The translations under genes and the position numbers were made by a program. A stretch of 62,544 nt of DNA, filler included, from Jimgerdemannia flammicorona (taxonomy: Eukaryota), in assembly GCA_003990765.1 (NCBI GenBank). It is 3 parts of 3 records of this genome, joined end to end, with 100 filler letters (N's around TTAATTAATTAA, not from the genome) between each part and the next. Parts side by side here need not be neighbours in the genome. Positions count along the whole stretch, not along the records: positions 1 to 20,798 come from RBNJ01001587.1; positions 20,899 to 41,672 come from RBNJ01001590.1; 1 more part is not named here. One strand, given 5' to 3'. The notes beneath the pieces were generated by a model that made no database searches, was not told where the DNA came from, and worked only from the letters and a program-made list of their open reading frames with translations. Of the stretch, positions 12,661 through 25,110 are shown one piece after another (positions within the stretch are counted from its first letter, which is position 1; each line of letters begins with the position of its first letter).

Positions 12661-13302
12661 GTACTGAAGCACATCATGAGCAGAAGGATACTATATATTT
12701 TATCCAGAAATATATAATACTAAATATTGTGAAAAAAGGAATACTATGGATAACCAACAAGGAGATACTCAAGCAAAGGACAATCTAGTACAGTACAGCA
12801 AAACACATTTGAACAACTCCATTTCATGCCATCTGTATCATCTCCGCTGGATGATGACAGATGCTTCATATAGAACTTAGGAAAGCCGACAATGTCGAAA
12901 CCAGTCTAAGTCCATCTACATAACAGATATTGTTACTAGGAATTGCCTCGGATTATAAGAAAAGTCTATTTCCGAGAGGTTTGAACCCCCAGCCATAACA
13001 ATGGGAGCCCTCACCCTAGACAAGAATGGCCAGTCCTCACAAATGTGCCAACCAGACAAAAAAAAAGTGGACCAAGACCTGTTAACCCTGTGTAACCACA
13101 GCTATGAGTGATGATATCTTTGAAATCAGGATTTTTTCATGTGACCAGCACATTCCCTGCTTAAAGTACAGGTCACACACTTTGCCAGAAAGTATGACCA
13201 AAGGAAGGTTACACCAGAGAGGTGAATAAGTATAAATACCCAAGACAAGAATACCCTGCAACCCTCATTCCCCTCTCCTCACAAAGAAAAGATAAGATAA
13301 GA

Positions 13303-13757
13303 ATGCCCACTACCCACAGCCAAGCTACCCACTACCAAACTTCCTGCAGTAGCCAGCCCCTCCCAATCCAGGTTGACTGCCTCTTTGGACACATCCAGGT
13401 TGCTATCCAAGGAAGGAACCACTGCTCAGAGGCCCTTAACCTCTCCAGCCAGGACCTAGGACATTATGTCCTTAACTGCCATAAAGTCATTGAAAGAACC
13501 TACCTTACCACCAGCCGCCTAGAGATCTGACATAAATACAAGATTGGCCATCAACTCCTCCAACAGGCAAAGGACCTGCCCATGGACCAAATCTCTGATT
13601 GGACCCACCTGGACAGGAATGAGCAAAGACTTGGCAAGAAGGCCTATTGAATTATGTGCCATGCACTCTTTGCAATCCCCAACCTCAACTATGTCCAACT
13701 GAAAGACTTCCAGAATCTCTCTTTCTTCGAGGTTGACAAACTAGAAATCAAGGTAGC
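13303..13757 (+). pseudogene. A1 3' accessory ORF of unknown function, N-terminal half (cut by A2 insertion)
   Basis: Homologous to 14550-15380; ends at ..DKLEIKVA directly against the A2 LTR. Confidence 0.8.
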
Positions 13758-14538
13758 TGTAATAACTCTCACTTCTACCCCTCTCTTATCCTTTGGATAA
13801 TTAGAGAAGTAGACTATTACTTAGGGACTTAGTACACAATGTGTACCAAGAAGCCTTCAGTTTGAGGAAGCGCTCGCTTATAAGTAGTTGTAGTGGCAGT
13901 GCCTTATCTTTCAAAGGTCTTTCTAGTTTGCCTTCTGTTTCAAAGGTCTTTCTCTTGTGCCCTATTTCGAGGGTCTTGTTCTTTGCTGTGCACAGACTGA
14001 ATTCGCCTTGAAATTCAGGTTCAATGGGTTTACTTAAGTCTTTGGGGATTTATATACCAGTCTCAGTTCTGGCAGAAGTTAGCTAGGCTTCTGGAGTTTA
14101 GTCAGAAACACTAGAGTCACTTAGGTGTCATTACTAAGACTCAGGGGAATGTGTGTATATGGGGGAGACTTGATTCTTGTATCAAGGACTGAACTAAAAC
14201 TGCTTTATTTTGGATGGAAACTGGGGAGTATTTATACAAGTTGGTCCGCGATTTCTGACTAAGTATGAGTGACTAATTTGGTAACTATAATGAGGTTTGT
14301 GATTGTGACCTTTGTCAGGTGGTTTTTGGTAAAGAATATCTTTGTGATCAGGACCTCAATTACTAGGCAATGATCAGTAGCTGTGGCAACTGTTGCTGTG
14401 GCGCCGATTATTGGGGATAAGCTGGATATCATTTTTTCTGTGTCGTTTCACATCATTCGTTCGTTTGTATACCATGCTCGATCGTATGATGACATCATCG
14501 CCGGGTCACGTGATCACTTGTCATTCATATCTATTACA
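13758..14538 (-). repeat. 3' LTR of A2 (781 bp)
   Basis: TGTAATA/TATTACA termini, preceded by a PPT, and matches 5805-6597. Confidence 0.92.
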
Positions 14539-14549
14539 TCCTTCCCCCC

Positions 14550-15380
14550 TTAGAAATCAATGTCCCCATTGATTGAGAAATTGAGAACCAGGGGAGAGAA
14601 AGGTGGGGCATCCTCCTCAGGGTTATTACCATCTTCTTCAGGGGCAGGGGGGGTGGTGGTTGCAGATGGCTTGCTGTCCAGGATGGAGAAGTCAATGAGA
14701 TCTGCAAATGGTTCTTGCATTGGAATAGGTGCTGGTGTAGGGGTTCTCCATCTGATGCGGTTGGGGCCATCCAAGTAGGGCTCTTGATCTTCATGCCTGG
14801 GAATATCCATTCAGATAGGTGGTCCTTCAAAGAGATCAGAGAGACCTTGGAGCCATTGGTCAGGGTTGTCATTCAGGAGGGGGCTCCAGTAGGGTTTGCA
14901 GTCAGTAGACTTGAGGGCAATCCAGGAGTTGGCTTCTTGAGCGACCTTGACTTCTAGGGCATCAATCTTAGGGAAAGAGAGGTTCTGGAAGTCCTTCAGT
15001 TATAAGTAGTTGAGGTTGGAGATCGCAAAGGGTGCATGGCGCATGATTTGATGGACCTTCTTGGCAAGTCTTTGCTCATACCTGTCTAGGTGGGTCCAAT
15101 CAGAGACTTGGTCCATGGGCAGGTCCTTCGTATGTTGGAGAAGCTGGTGACTGATTTCGTATTCATGCCAGATTTCTAGGTGGCTAGTAGCAAGGTAGGC
15201 CCTTTCGATAAGTTCACGGTGGTCAAGCACATACTGTCCTAGGTCCTGGCTGGAGAGGTTAAGGGCCTCTGAGCGGCGGTTCCTTCCTTGGATAGCAACC
15301 TGGATGTGTCCGAAGAGGCGGTCAACCTGGCTTGAGAGGGACTGGCTATGGTGGGCAGTTTGGTGGCAGGTGGCAGGCAT
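14550..15380 (-). pseudogene. A2 3' accessory ORF, ~276 codons, unknown function (two internal stops)
   Basis: ORFs 15000-15461 and 14550-14810 are in one frame; the stops TAA and TGA are compatible with CAA/CGA decay; the final stop abuts the PPT; homologous to the D LTR ORF. Confidence 0.8.
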
Positions 15381-16024
15381 TCTTGTCTTGTCTTTTCTTT
15401 GTGAGGAAAAGGGGATGAGAGTTGTGGGGTATTCTTGCCTTGGGTATTTATACTTATTCACCTGTCTGATGTGACCTTCCTTTGGTCACACTTTCTGGCA
15501 AAATGCATGACCTGTGCTATAAGCGGAGCATGTGCTGGTCACATGAGAAAATCCTGATTTCAAAGAACTCGTCACCTATAGTTGTGGTTACACAGGGTTT
15601 ACAGGTCTTGGTCCACTTTTTTATTGTCTGGTTAGCGCATTTGCGAGGACTGGCCATCCTTGTCTAGGGCGAGGGCTCCCATTGTTATGGCTGGGGGTTC
15701 AAACCTCTCGGAAATAGACTTTTCTTGTAATCCGAGGCAATTCCTAGTAATAATATCTGTCACATGGATGGACTTAGACTGGTTTCGACATTGTCGGCTT
15801 TCCTAAGTTTCACATGAAGCATCTGTCATCATCCAGCGGAGATGACACAGATGGCGTGAAATGGAGTTGTTCAAATGCATTTTGCTGTACTATACTAGAT
15901 TGTTCTTTTGCTCGGGTATCTTCTTGTTGGTTATCCATAGTGTTCCTTTTTTTGCAATGTTTGATATTATATGTTTCCAGATAAAAATATGTGGTATCCT
16001 TCTGCTCGCTGTATGCTCCTATAC

Positions 16025-19000
16025 TTAGAGCTGTAGTTCCTTCCTTTGCTGGGGGGTGAGTGTCTCCATGTAGTTCTGGAGAGCTTCGTGTGCATTCCTC
16101 AGGGCTTCTTCTTTTTCCCAGGTGGCGTCATGGGTGGGGTAACCCTTCCACTTGATCAGGAAAAAGCACTTGACTGTTTTAGGATACTTGTGGACCTTGT
16201 GGTCAAGTACTTCCTCAATTTCGAATTCCTCATGATCATTGATCCTAATTGGGGGTGGTGGTGGAACTGTATGCTCAGGGAATGAGTTCTCAAGGTAGTC
16301 CACCAATTGGCTGATATGGAATACTGGGTATACTTGGATATTGTGGGGAAGTTGCAACTTGTAGTTGACTTCGCTGATTTTTTCCACAATCTTATATGGT
16401 CCAATTCTTCTAGCACGAAGTTTCTTGGCTGGTTGTTATGCCAGGGTGTCTGGGTGGAGGTGGTCTGTTCTAAGCATGACCATGTCACCAATATTGTAGG
16501 AGGCTTCTCTTCGCTTCAAGTTCGTGTACTTGGTCTGGTAGTCTTGTGCTTCTATGAGAGCATCTCTTGTCATTCGCGTAAGGTCAGAAATGGTCTCGGC
16601 CAGATCTTGGGCTGCTGGGACTGCTGATTTCGTGGTAGTACTAGGGATCCTTGGGTGTTGACCATGGTTCAGGAAGATTGGAGTCTTCTTTGTGGAGGTT
16701 TGCTGACTGTTGTTGTAGGCAAACTCAGCATGGGCTAGGTACTTGTCCCAATCATTTTGCTTGTAACAGCAGAAGATGCTAAGCATCTGTTTGAGAGTCC
16801 TGTTGGTTCACTCGGTTTGACCATCAGTCTGAGGGTGGTAGGCAGTAGAGAACTTCAGCTTAGTTCCATGGAGGGAGAAAAATGCCTTCCAGAAAATGCT
16901 TGTAAACTTGGCATCTCAGTCAAATACAATGGTGCTAGGCATGCCATGTAGCCTGAATACTTGGTTGAGAAAGATCTCAGCAATATCTGGTAGTGTAGCA
17001 GTGATCTTGGTGGGTGCAAAATGGGCTTATTTACTTAGGCGGTCCACGAATACCACGATGGCATCCCATCCTGCCTTGGTCTTGGGTAGTTGGACAATGA
17101 AGTCCATCACAATCTGGTCCCAATTGTGACTCGGGATAGGCAAGGGTTGCAGGAGTCCTGCTGGTAGCTTGTTACCACTTTTGAACCTTTGGCACATCTT
17201 GCATGAGGCTACAAAGTCTTTGATATCCTTGGTCATCTTTGGCTAGTAGAACTCTCTTAAAAGGAGGTTGTAGGTCTTTTTGAAACCAAAGTGTCCTGCT
17301 ACAGAAGTGTCATGGAGTTCCTGCATGATGTTAAGTCACAGAGTATCATTGTTGGATACAACCACTCTGTCATGGTCCCTGTAGATAAATCCATCACGGT
17401 AGGTGAATCTCTTGGCCATCTGTCTCATGGGTTCTGGAACCTCGGCCTCTGGGTCTTAGCAGAATTGGAGGAAATTCATCAGGGGGCTGTCTTGCTGGTA
17501 GCCATCCTTGATCATCTGGGTGAGGTCACCAATTACTTCGACCATGAAGACAAGTTCGTCTTCCATGTACCTGGAGAAACCATCAGCCACATGGTTGGTT
17601 TTGCCTGGGATATACCTGATTTCCATATCAAAGTTGGCAATGATTTCCATCCAGCGGGCTTGTCTGTGGGTCAGCATGGGCTGTGTGTAAATATACCACA
17701 GTGCATGGTGATCAGTGTAGGCCACAAATGGCTGTCCTAGGAGGAAATGGCACTATTCCTGAAGTGCAGTGACAATAGCCAGGAGTTCCTTCTCATGGGT
17801 GGTATACCGAGTCTCAGCTGGCTTGAGCTTCTGTGAAAGGTAGGCCACTGGGTGGTCTTCTTGGCTGAGCACTGCTCCAATAGCAATGTCAGAGGCATCT
17901 GTGGTCAGAGTGAATGATCTGGTAGGATTAGGTGCAATTAGCACTGGGGCCTCGGTAAGGAGTCTCTTGAGATGGTCCATAGCCAGGGTGCATTTGGGGG
18001 TCCATTCAGCTTTGATGTTCACTCCTTTACGGGCCAGGCTGGTCAATGGGGCTGCAATAGCAGAGTATCCTTGGATAAATCTTTGGTAATAACCGGCAAT
18101 ACCCAGAAAGTGCTAGAGTAGCTTGAGGGTAGTAGGGATAGGGATATTCTTAAGAGCTGATACCTTTTGGGGGTCCACATTGATACCTTCAGCAGAGATG
18201 ATGTGTCCCAGGTATTCAATCTGGTCTTGATAGAACTTACACTTACTCATCTTGGCATAGAGCTGGTGTTCTCACAGGAGAGTTAGTACTTGTCTAAGGT
18301 GAGTATAGTGTAGCTCTATGGTCTCGCTGTAGATTAATATATCATCAATATACACAAGGACACAGATGTTGAGGAGCAGTCCAAAGATGTCATTCATCAG
18401 ATACTGGAATGTTGCTGGTGCATTGGTCAATCCAAAAGGCATGACTCAGAACTGGTAGTGTCCAAACTGTGTTCGGAAAGCTGTCTTCTCAATGTCCTTC
18501 TCATCAATGAGAATCTGGTGGTAGCCATTTCGCAAATCTAGTAGAGAAAAGGTCTTAGCCTTGAAGATTTGGTGTAGTAACTCATCAATCCTGGGCAAGG
18601 CATATCGGTTCTTGATGGTGATCTTGTTGAGGGCTCTGTAGTCAATACACATTCGCAGAGAGCCATCCTTCTTCTTGACAAATAGGATGGGGGCTCCAAA
18701 TGGAGAGCAGCTGGGTTCAATGTATCCTTGGGCCAATAGTTTGGTCAACTCATCCTTGAGGGTCTTGAGCTCAGGTTGGGCCAGTTGGTAGATACTCTTG
18801 TATGGGGGTTCAGATCCTGGCATAAGATCAATTCCATGTTGGATTTGGCACTTAGGTGGAAGTCCTTGAGGATCTTGGATTATATCTTGGAATTCTTCAA
18901 ACAGTTCTTGAGCTTCTGTTGGAATTGGGCTACTTGTGGCTTCAGTGACTTCTTGTACTGTACAGATGAAGTAGGTGTTTCCCTTTTTTTGAAAGAGTCT

Positions 19001-20379
19001 CTTCATTTGAATGGCAGAGATAATTTTGATTCCTTGGTGGTTGGTACCTTCCTGGGGTGTCAGGGTGATCGTTCTGCCTTCGTGGGTCAGGTTAACCTCA
19101 TTGGTTCTCCAGTTGATGTCTGGGTTGTGCTGGGTCAACCAGGCTTTTCCTAAGATAATGTCTTGTTCTGGGAGGTCTACAATGCTGAAGTCCAGCTTCT
19201 CTTGATATTTGTCAATCTTGAGCAAAAGGTCTTCACAGATCTTGGTCAATGGTACAGTTTTTCCATCACCAAAGGTAACACTTCTTTTCTCAGTAGTGGG
19301 TCTGCTTCGGGCTCCAATCCTCTTGGCAGTCTTGGTGCTGATATAGTTTCCAGTAGCACTGCTATTAAGCAAGACATTGACATTTCGTCTGTGGACTTGG
19401 CCTGTGAACTTGATGCAACTGTCCTCCTTCTTGATGGTATTGAGCTCTTCATCCTCATTGTTGTCCCAATTGCTGTCAGTCTCCTTGAAGTCAGTTTCTC
19501 CCCATCCTTCACAAGGAGGGTTGTCTTGTTTGGGTTCCTCAGTCTGTTGAGCTTGGTGCTTCTCGGATTGAATTTTGAAAACTTTGGAGAGGCATGCATG
19601 GCATTCACCAACATGTTCCATGCAGTACATTCGAATGGAATGAGGGCATCGTCCACATGGTGCATAACTATCTGCAATTCTCTTGTACCAGTTTTCATCA
19701 TCTTCCTTCATGGTAGTGACCTTTTGACTGGGAGGTTTGTTGGTAGATCCAAACCCTTTCTTGCCATGGTCTATCTGGGAGAGTTTGGGGACTTCTTCAA
19801 TAGTGAGATCTTGATGGATTTCTTCAATGATTGCTTGGGCAATCCTTTGGCCTGTTTTGACTTCAAATGAGGTGTCTCCAAAATTTCGCAAGATGACACA
19901 GATTTCACCAGTAAATCCTTGGTCAACTACTCCTCTGCCTAGCCCAATGTTGAACTCTTTGGCTAGGCTACTTTGCTCAACAAGGCAGATGTATGTTCCT
20001 TTGGGAGCTTGCATTGCAATCCCTGTTCACACTGTAGCATTGGTGCTTGGTGAGATGGTGAGGTCTTGGCTGCTGTAGAGATCATATCCAGCATCAGTTG
20101 GGTGGGCCTTAGTGGAGATGGTAGCCTTGTACTATATCTTCTGTACTTTGATGACATTCTTGGGGTTCTTCTTTCCTGGACCTTCTCCAATAACAGTGAT
20201 GTTCTGGTTACTGGGTTCGCCTGATCTGTTTCTCTTCTTGGGGCATTTGATGGATATGTGTCCTGTCTTCTTACAGATGAAGCACAATCCCTTTTTACAG
20301 AGCTGCTTCTTCTCATCCTCAGTGGGAGGTCTGGATCCTCTGGGGTTTCGCTGGTTCCTTTGATTATATCTTTGATCAT
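16025..20379 (-). pseudogene. A2 gag tail-dUTPase-Cys/His module-PR-RT-RH-IN-chromodomain
   Basis: [31 protein letters not shown], RNase H and integrase motifs; C-terminal chromodomain; all pieces in one frame. Confidence 0.92.
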
Positions 20380-20798
20380 ACTGGCTCACTCAGAAGATCA
20401 AGGAACAAGGTCTTCCCCAAGGATGTCCCCACTACTCATAGTGTTTTGCCCAAGTACAAAGAAGAGCCCGCAAAATCCTTGCTGCACAAGCTCCACAAAA
20501 TCAAGAATACAAGAAGGATAACCAAGATAGAAGAAATCCTACCAGGAGAAATGATCAAAGAAATGATCAAAGGAATGACCAAAAATTGTTCCAACTTCAG
20601 GAGTGTGTTCTTTGGTGCCTTCTTGGCTAGTAATCTGCTGCTACCAAGTTGTAATAACTCTCACTTCTACCCCTCTCTTATCCTTTGGATAATTAGGGAA
20701 GTGGACTATTACTTAGGGACTTAGTACACAATGTGTACCAAGAAGCCTTCAGTTTGAGGAAGCGCTCACTTATAAGTAGTTGTAGCAGCAGTGCCTTA

Positions 20799-20898
20799 NN
20801 NNNNNNNNNNNNNNNNNNNNNNNNNNNNNNNNNNNNNNNNNNTTAATTAATTAANNNNNNNNNNNNNNNNNNNNNNNNNNNNNNNNNNNNNNNNNNNN
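20799..20898. other. Artificial contig linker / gap
   Basis: N44-TTAATTAATTAA-N44, which gives stops in all six frames. Confidence 0.97.
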
Positions 20899-21789
20899 CC
20901 CCCCCTCTCTCTCTCTCTGCTGTGTGGAACGCCAATTGATTATCATTACTTAAATATTCTACCCTCTTTTGGGCTTCACAGAAAAATTCTTCTCCGAAAT
21001 CGAATGTTGTGTTAGATACGATGAGGTTGTGGAGGCCGCTGAGGAGGTAGAGATGGAGCTCCTGCTTACATGATAGACGTCCTGCGGTTCCGCCGTCTGC
21101 GAATAGTTGGAATAGCTAAGCCGCGTCGCTGATGTTGAGGTTGTGGAGAGGTTGAGATGGCGTTCCTACCTATAAGACAGACGCCCCGCGGTGTCGCCTT
21201 CGGCGAATGGCTGCGAATTGATGGAATAGCAAAGCCGCGTTGGGTGCGAGTCGCTGATACTGAGGTTGTGGAGGCCGCCGAGGAGGTAGAGATAGCGTTC
21301 CTGCCCATAAGACGGACGCCCTCCCCCTCTGCCGAACCGGATGCACTTTTCTTTTTCTGCGCGTAACGGGCCCTATCCTCCTCCGCCCGGGTCTGCAAGA
21401 TGCGTCTTCTTCCTCCTCTTACTCGGCGATTGGAACTGGTCGTCCACGCCGGGTGCAAGCCGCTTGTTCCTGAACGCGCGGTGATTATCGACAAGCCATT
21501 CCTCATCATCATCCAGGACGGCTGCTGCCCGGGCGCCGCGCGGATCTCCAGGTCGGCGTCGCGGGATCGTCTAAAATGATTGTGAATGATGTGATCACCT
21601 CTGAATTGAGTGTCGAGTGTTCTCGGATAGCACCCATGATGTTGCGAACTATATGCAAAGTTGAACAAAGCACGTTAAACGCGAAACAACCCAACATACA
21701 ATCCCAAGAACTCGCCCACTACCACCACCACGCGCCTATCGACAGCCCAATCCCCCTTTCTCCTCAAACAAAATAACGCCAACACTTAC

Positions 21790-22960
21790 ATCCTTCTTGC
21801 ATCCCTCTGCCCCGCGGGCACGGCCTGCAAGAAGGCCGAGAGGATTTTGAAAAAGCGGACCATCATGGCCCTGGCATTACGGCTGCTGATGAGCTGGTAG
21901 CTGGCGGCCTTGGACACGGCGTACGTGATGTCGTCGCGGTGATGTGCTACGTGGAAACCTGCGAGGTCATCGCGCCAGCGCCGCCGGCGCTGTTACCGGA
22001 TTTAAGCGTCGGGTCCACCGAAGTGTGACGGCCGTCCATGTAGAGCTTGAAAGAGAACAGGATTGGGATTGAGAACCAAAACCGGGTATTTTATTTTTCC
22101 CTAAACAAACACTTAAATGATCGAAGAACGACAGCGAATACAAACCTCCGTATAAACCCTACAAACTACCGCCTGCTCGACCTCGACGAGCTGCTTAATG
22201 AAGTCGTCAACCTCCTGCCCAAACCTGCCGTACTGCTTCAGAAAGGGTTGACATCAAACACGGCCAGCATGACGAGCCTCGCGAGCGTACCCTGTGTGGT
22301 CTTGAGAACTCGATGGAATCGATCTTGGTAGAGTGATTGGTGTCTGCGGCAGCGGCGTTCGTTGCCTCTATAGAATAATGGACCGCATGTTAAATCATCT
22401 ACCTCCTCACATCAAGGAAAAAAACATGGTTCTCACAAAACCCACATTTATCCCCATTCCCTTTCCTCGTTGTTGTCTTCTTGCTACTCTCCCCCAGCAT
22501 CCCCACTACTCTCCCCGTTCTCACCACCGGCTCGTCCCTCACCCGCCTCAAACCTGTCTGCCCACCACCTGATCTCGGCCTCGACCAGCGCCGTACACCG
22601 CTACTGCACGTCCGTCAAGCACAGCTGTCGCATGTTTGGCGAATCAGGCGACCGGAACAGGTTGCTCGAGAAGGCCCAGTAGGTGTTGCCGAGGACCTAA
22701 GAATATGAAGACGAAGAGGGTACCCACAAACATATCAGTTATCCGATTCTCGGCCCCCACCGCGAAGACGGCAAAAAAAAAAAAAAAAAACTACCCACCA
22801 CCCTCTTCGCCGCCTTCACGTTCGGGTGAAATTGTCAAGAGCTTAGTCGCAGCGCTCCTTAAGCTCCTCGACGGCCTCGGCGGAGTCGTGGCCTGGCTCC
22901 TCAGGCTGGATGGCGCGGCACCTCCACATAAGAGTAGAAACACCCATCACCACGTTCGAA
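21790..22960 (-). pseudogene. Spliced fragment resembling the C-terminal part of cohesin subunit Scc3/STAG; stops and frameshifts
   Basis: Successive exons read LMWRCRAI..VEELKERCD*, VLGNTYWAFSSNLF..DVQ*RCTALVEAEI plus an acidic linker, LARLVMLAVFDV..QYGRFGQEVDDFIKQLV, and RAMMVRFFKILSAFL. The order recalls Scc3/STAG from memory. GTAAGT donor near 21790 and AG acceptors are present; a further exon may lie at ~21375-21550. Confidence 0.55.
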
Positions 22961-23126
22961 GACCATGACCGTGTCCGAAGAATACTATAGGATAAGATGG
23001 CCTGTGAGTATAAGATGTGGTGAGTGTCTGAAAAAGGTCTTAAGTGAAGGGTCGTAGGGTAAGCTGTCAAGGTTGAAAAGTGAGGTATTATTCCTATTTG
23101 ACGCGTCAAATGCAAACAACGGAAAG

Positions 23127-23170
23127 GGTTTCAGCCCTTACCAAAGGGCCTCATCAGTGCCCAGACCGGC
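23127..23170 (-). ncRNA. Degenerate type III hammerhead ribozyme motif
   Basis: GCCGGUC-UGGGCA-CUGAUGA-GGCCCUU(UGGU)AAGGGCU-GAAA-CC. The core and stem II are intact, stem I has collapsed, and stem III has only 3 bp. Confidence 0.6.
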
Positions 23171-23569
23171 TGTTAGCAGGAAACAAATGCTGCGGTATCA
23201 GGGTGGGGTTTGTGTGCTCAGCCTACTCACATAATGTTGAGAGAGAAAATCTACTTCCGCCCTGGACCGTTGATATCTTGCTGCCTGTCTCCTATGCCAC
23301 CCAGCGTCATATATTTATAGTGCCCACCTATCACAGGAGTAATGGACTTATCTTGGGTGGGATCTGGTACTCCAGCATCCGAACCTACGCATTATCTACA
23401 AGCTGTAGGCCAAGGTACCCCATTGGGAAGTTCGTCTTTTGAAATAAGTAAGCTTCTTGTGCAAACATATAGGACACTATACTCAACTTTTATGTGGCAC
23501 TGACGACAAAAGAAAATAGGTGAATAGAGTGGTGGGGGGGATAGTACGACATTCATGCGTTTCAGTCTA

Positions 23570-23750
23570 CGTCATAGAATATATTCATGAGCTGGGATGA
23601 ATATAGAATCTATGACCACTTTGAGCATCCTGCTCTCCGAGCATGTAGCGACCTTGTACGGAGGCGTTCTCATTCTACTTACCGAAAATGACCTATTAAG
23701 ACCTCCGTATAACTTACGAGGTGGACCGGCGATGAAAATTATGAACGTAA
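23570..23750 (+). pseudogene. Possible SAM-like domain gene fragment
   Basis: LYGGVLILLTENDLLRPPYNLRGGPAMKI resembles the SAM pattern G..L..LT..DL....GP..KI; upstream in-frame stop. Confidence 0.3.
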
Positions 23751-24126
23751 ATGTCCGATTGAAAGATAACTATCGTTAGATATATCATTCCAAGTATTCA
23801 GTGCATTCCTTTTTGGATATCAAGTCCAACGCCATCAACCGAATTGTCTTCCCCTCCCCTTCGTTTCATCCACCGGAAGGGATATCATACCCCTGAGTAC
23901 CCCGCCACATACCCTCTTCCACACCCTTGAACTCATTCAACCTGCCGGCTCAAATTATCTCCGATATCTGCACCAGAACCACCATACGGCTTCATCCCAG
24001 CGCTCAGATCTCTTGGCGATAAACCTCCGAGTGTACCGCACCACGCCTACTCCCGCGTCGCGATTCAGATCTTTTTTCCCCTTACCCCATCGACGGTGAA
24101 ACATTTCACCCGAATCGGCCTCCTGA

Positions 24127-25110
24127 TATGTCATCATCATAGATCTCTTCACAAAATGAATAGAAGCAGGACCCCTCAAAGAAGCCAATGCCTAGTCAAT
24201 GGCTGATTTTCTGAACAGAGAAAATATTTACTGATTTAAGACTCTAAAGTAGTGACAACAGACAGAGAAATGGAATTTGTAAACCAGCTCTTCAAGGTTC
24301 TCTACAAGAAGTATATGATATAGTACTCCAAGAAAATGGATAAGTAGAAATAACCAACAAGACTCTTAAGAATGTTATCACTAAGATCTGTAATAGCTAT
24401 AAAAATTAAGATTACTATCTGTTACTAATATTATCTGCTCTTTGAGATATATAATTACAAAATATCCATTTTACTTCTTAAGAATTACTATTTAGAGAAG
24501 AAAGTTTTAAAGAAAGTTTATTATCTAATAGAGATACAGTATGTGAATATAGAGATATAGAAACTATATCAGATAAGAAAAAAGACTAATAATTATATAA
24601 TTAAGATATAGATATTATAATAGAGTAATGTGAAAATATTTAAACTTATAGAGATTATCAAAATAGAAGACAAAGTTCTATAATAGAAGCTTTATAATTA
24701 CAAAACTGAAGCCTAAGTAGAAAAGATCTTACTTTATATATAATATAAAAGAAACCACCTTTTGGCTATAATAACTTTCAGATATAATTATTTCTACTAT
24801 TATTTATCAAAACTAACTTAAGAATTATTATGATCAATAAATATATTTAATAGTAGTCCTCAGGATCACCAGTACTATTTAATAAGTTATAGAGAAATAG
24901 TAGTATTCAACTAAGCTCTTGACTATAGAGAAATTCTTTAGTATTATATAGATCTATATATTTACTATAAATTTCAGACTTTGAGATATATATATTACCA
25001 AATTCAAATTAAGCCAAAAGATACCTCTAAGACTACTTTCATGACCTCCTTTAGACTCTATAAATTTCTAATTCTATCATTTGATCTCACTAATATACTT
25101 ATAAATTCCA
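24127..25110 (+). mobile_element. Heavily decayed Ty3/gypsy fragments (B-type integrase ~24127-24830; RT piece ~24950-25110)
   Basis: YVIIIDLFTK*IEAGPLKEANA..TTDREMEFVN; YYQIQIKPKDTSKTTF..FRLYKF. Confidence 0.75.

Larger units (their letters stand above)
5805..13757 (+). mobile_element. Ty3/gypsy chromovirus-like LTR retrotransposon, family A copy A1 (interrupted at 3' end by A2)
   Basis: LTR, PBS, gag with CCHC knuckle, dUTPase, protease, RT (YIDD), RNase H, integrase, chromodomain and 3' accessory ORF. It is inserted in the LINE endonuclease. Confidence 0.95.
13758..20798 (-). mobile_element. Family A copy A2 in inverted orientation, with most of gag deleted; 5' LTR runs into the gap
   Basis: 3' LTR 13758-14538; PPT GGGGGGAAGGA 14539-14549; pol 16025-20379 in one frame; PBS 20635-20646; partial 5' LTR 20650-20798. 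Confidence 0.95.

Noticed and set aside
14550..15380. Accessory ORF as an env gene
   Set aside because: No signal peptide, transmembrane segment or furin-site/fusion-peptide pattern is visible.
20843..20854. TTAATTAATTAA palindrome inside N runs (also 41717-41728)
   Set aside because: Identical synthetic six-frame-stop linker, not biological; it also means neighbours across the gaps may not be adjacent.
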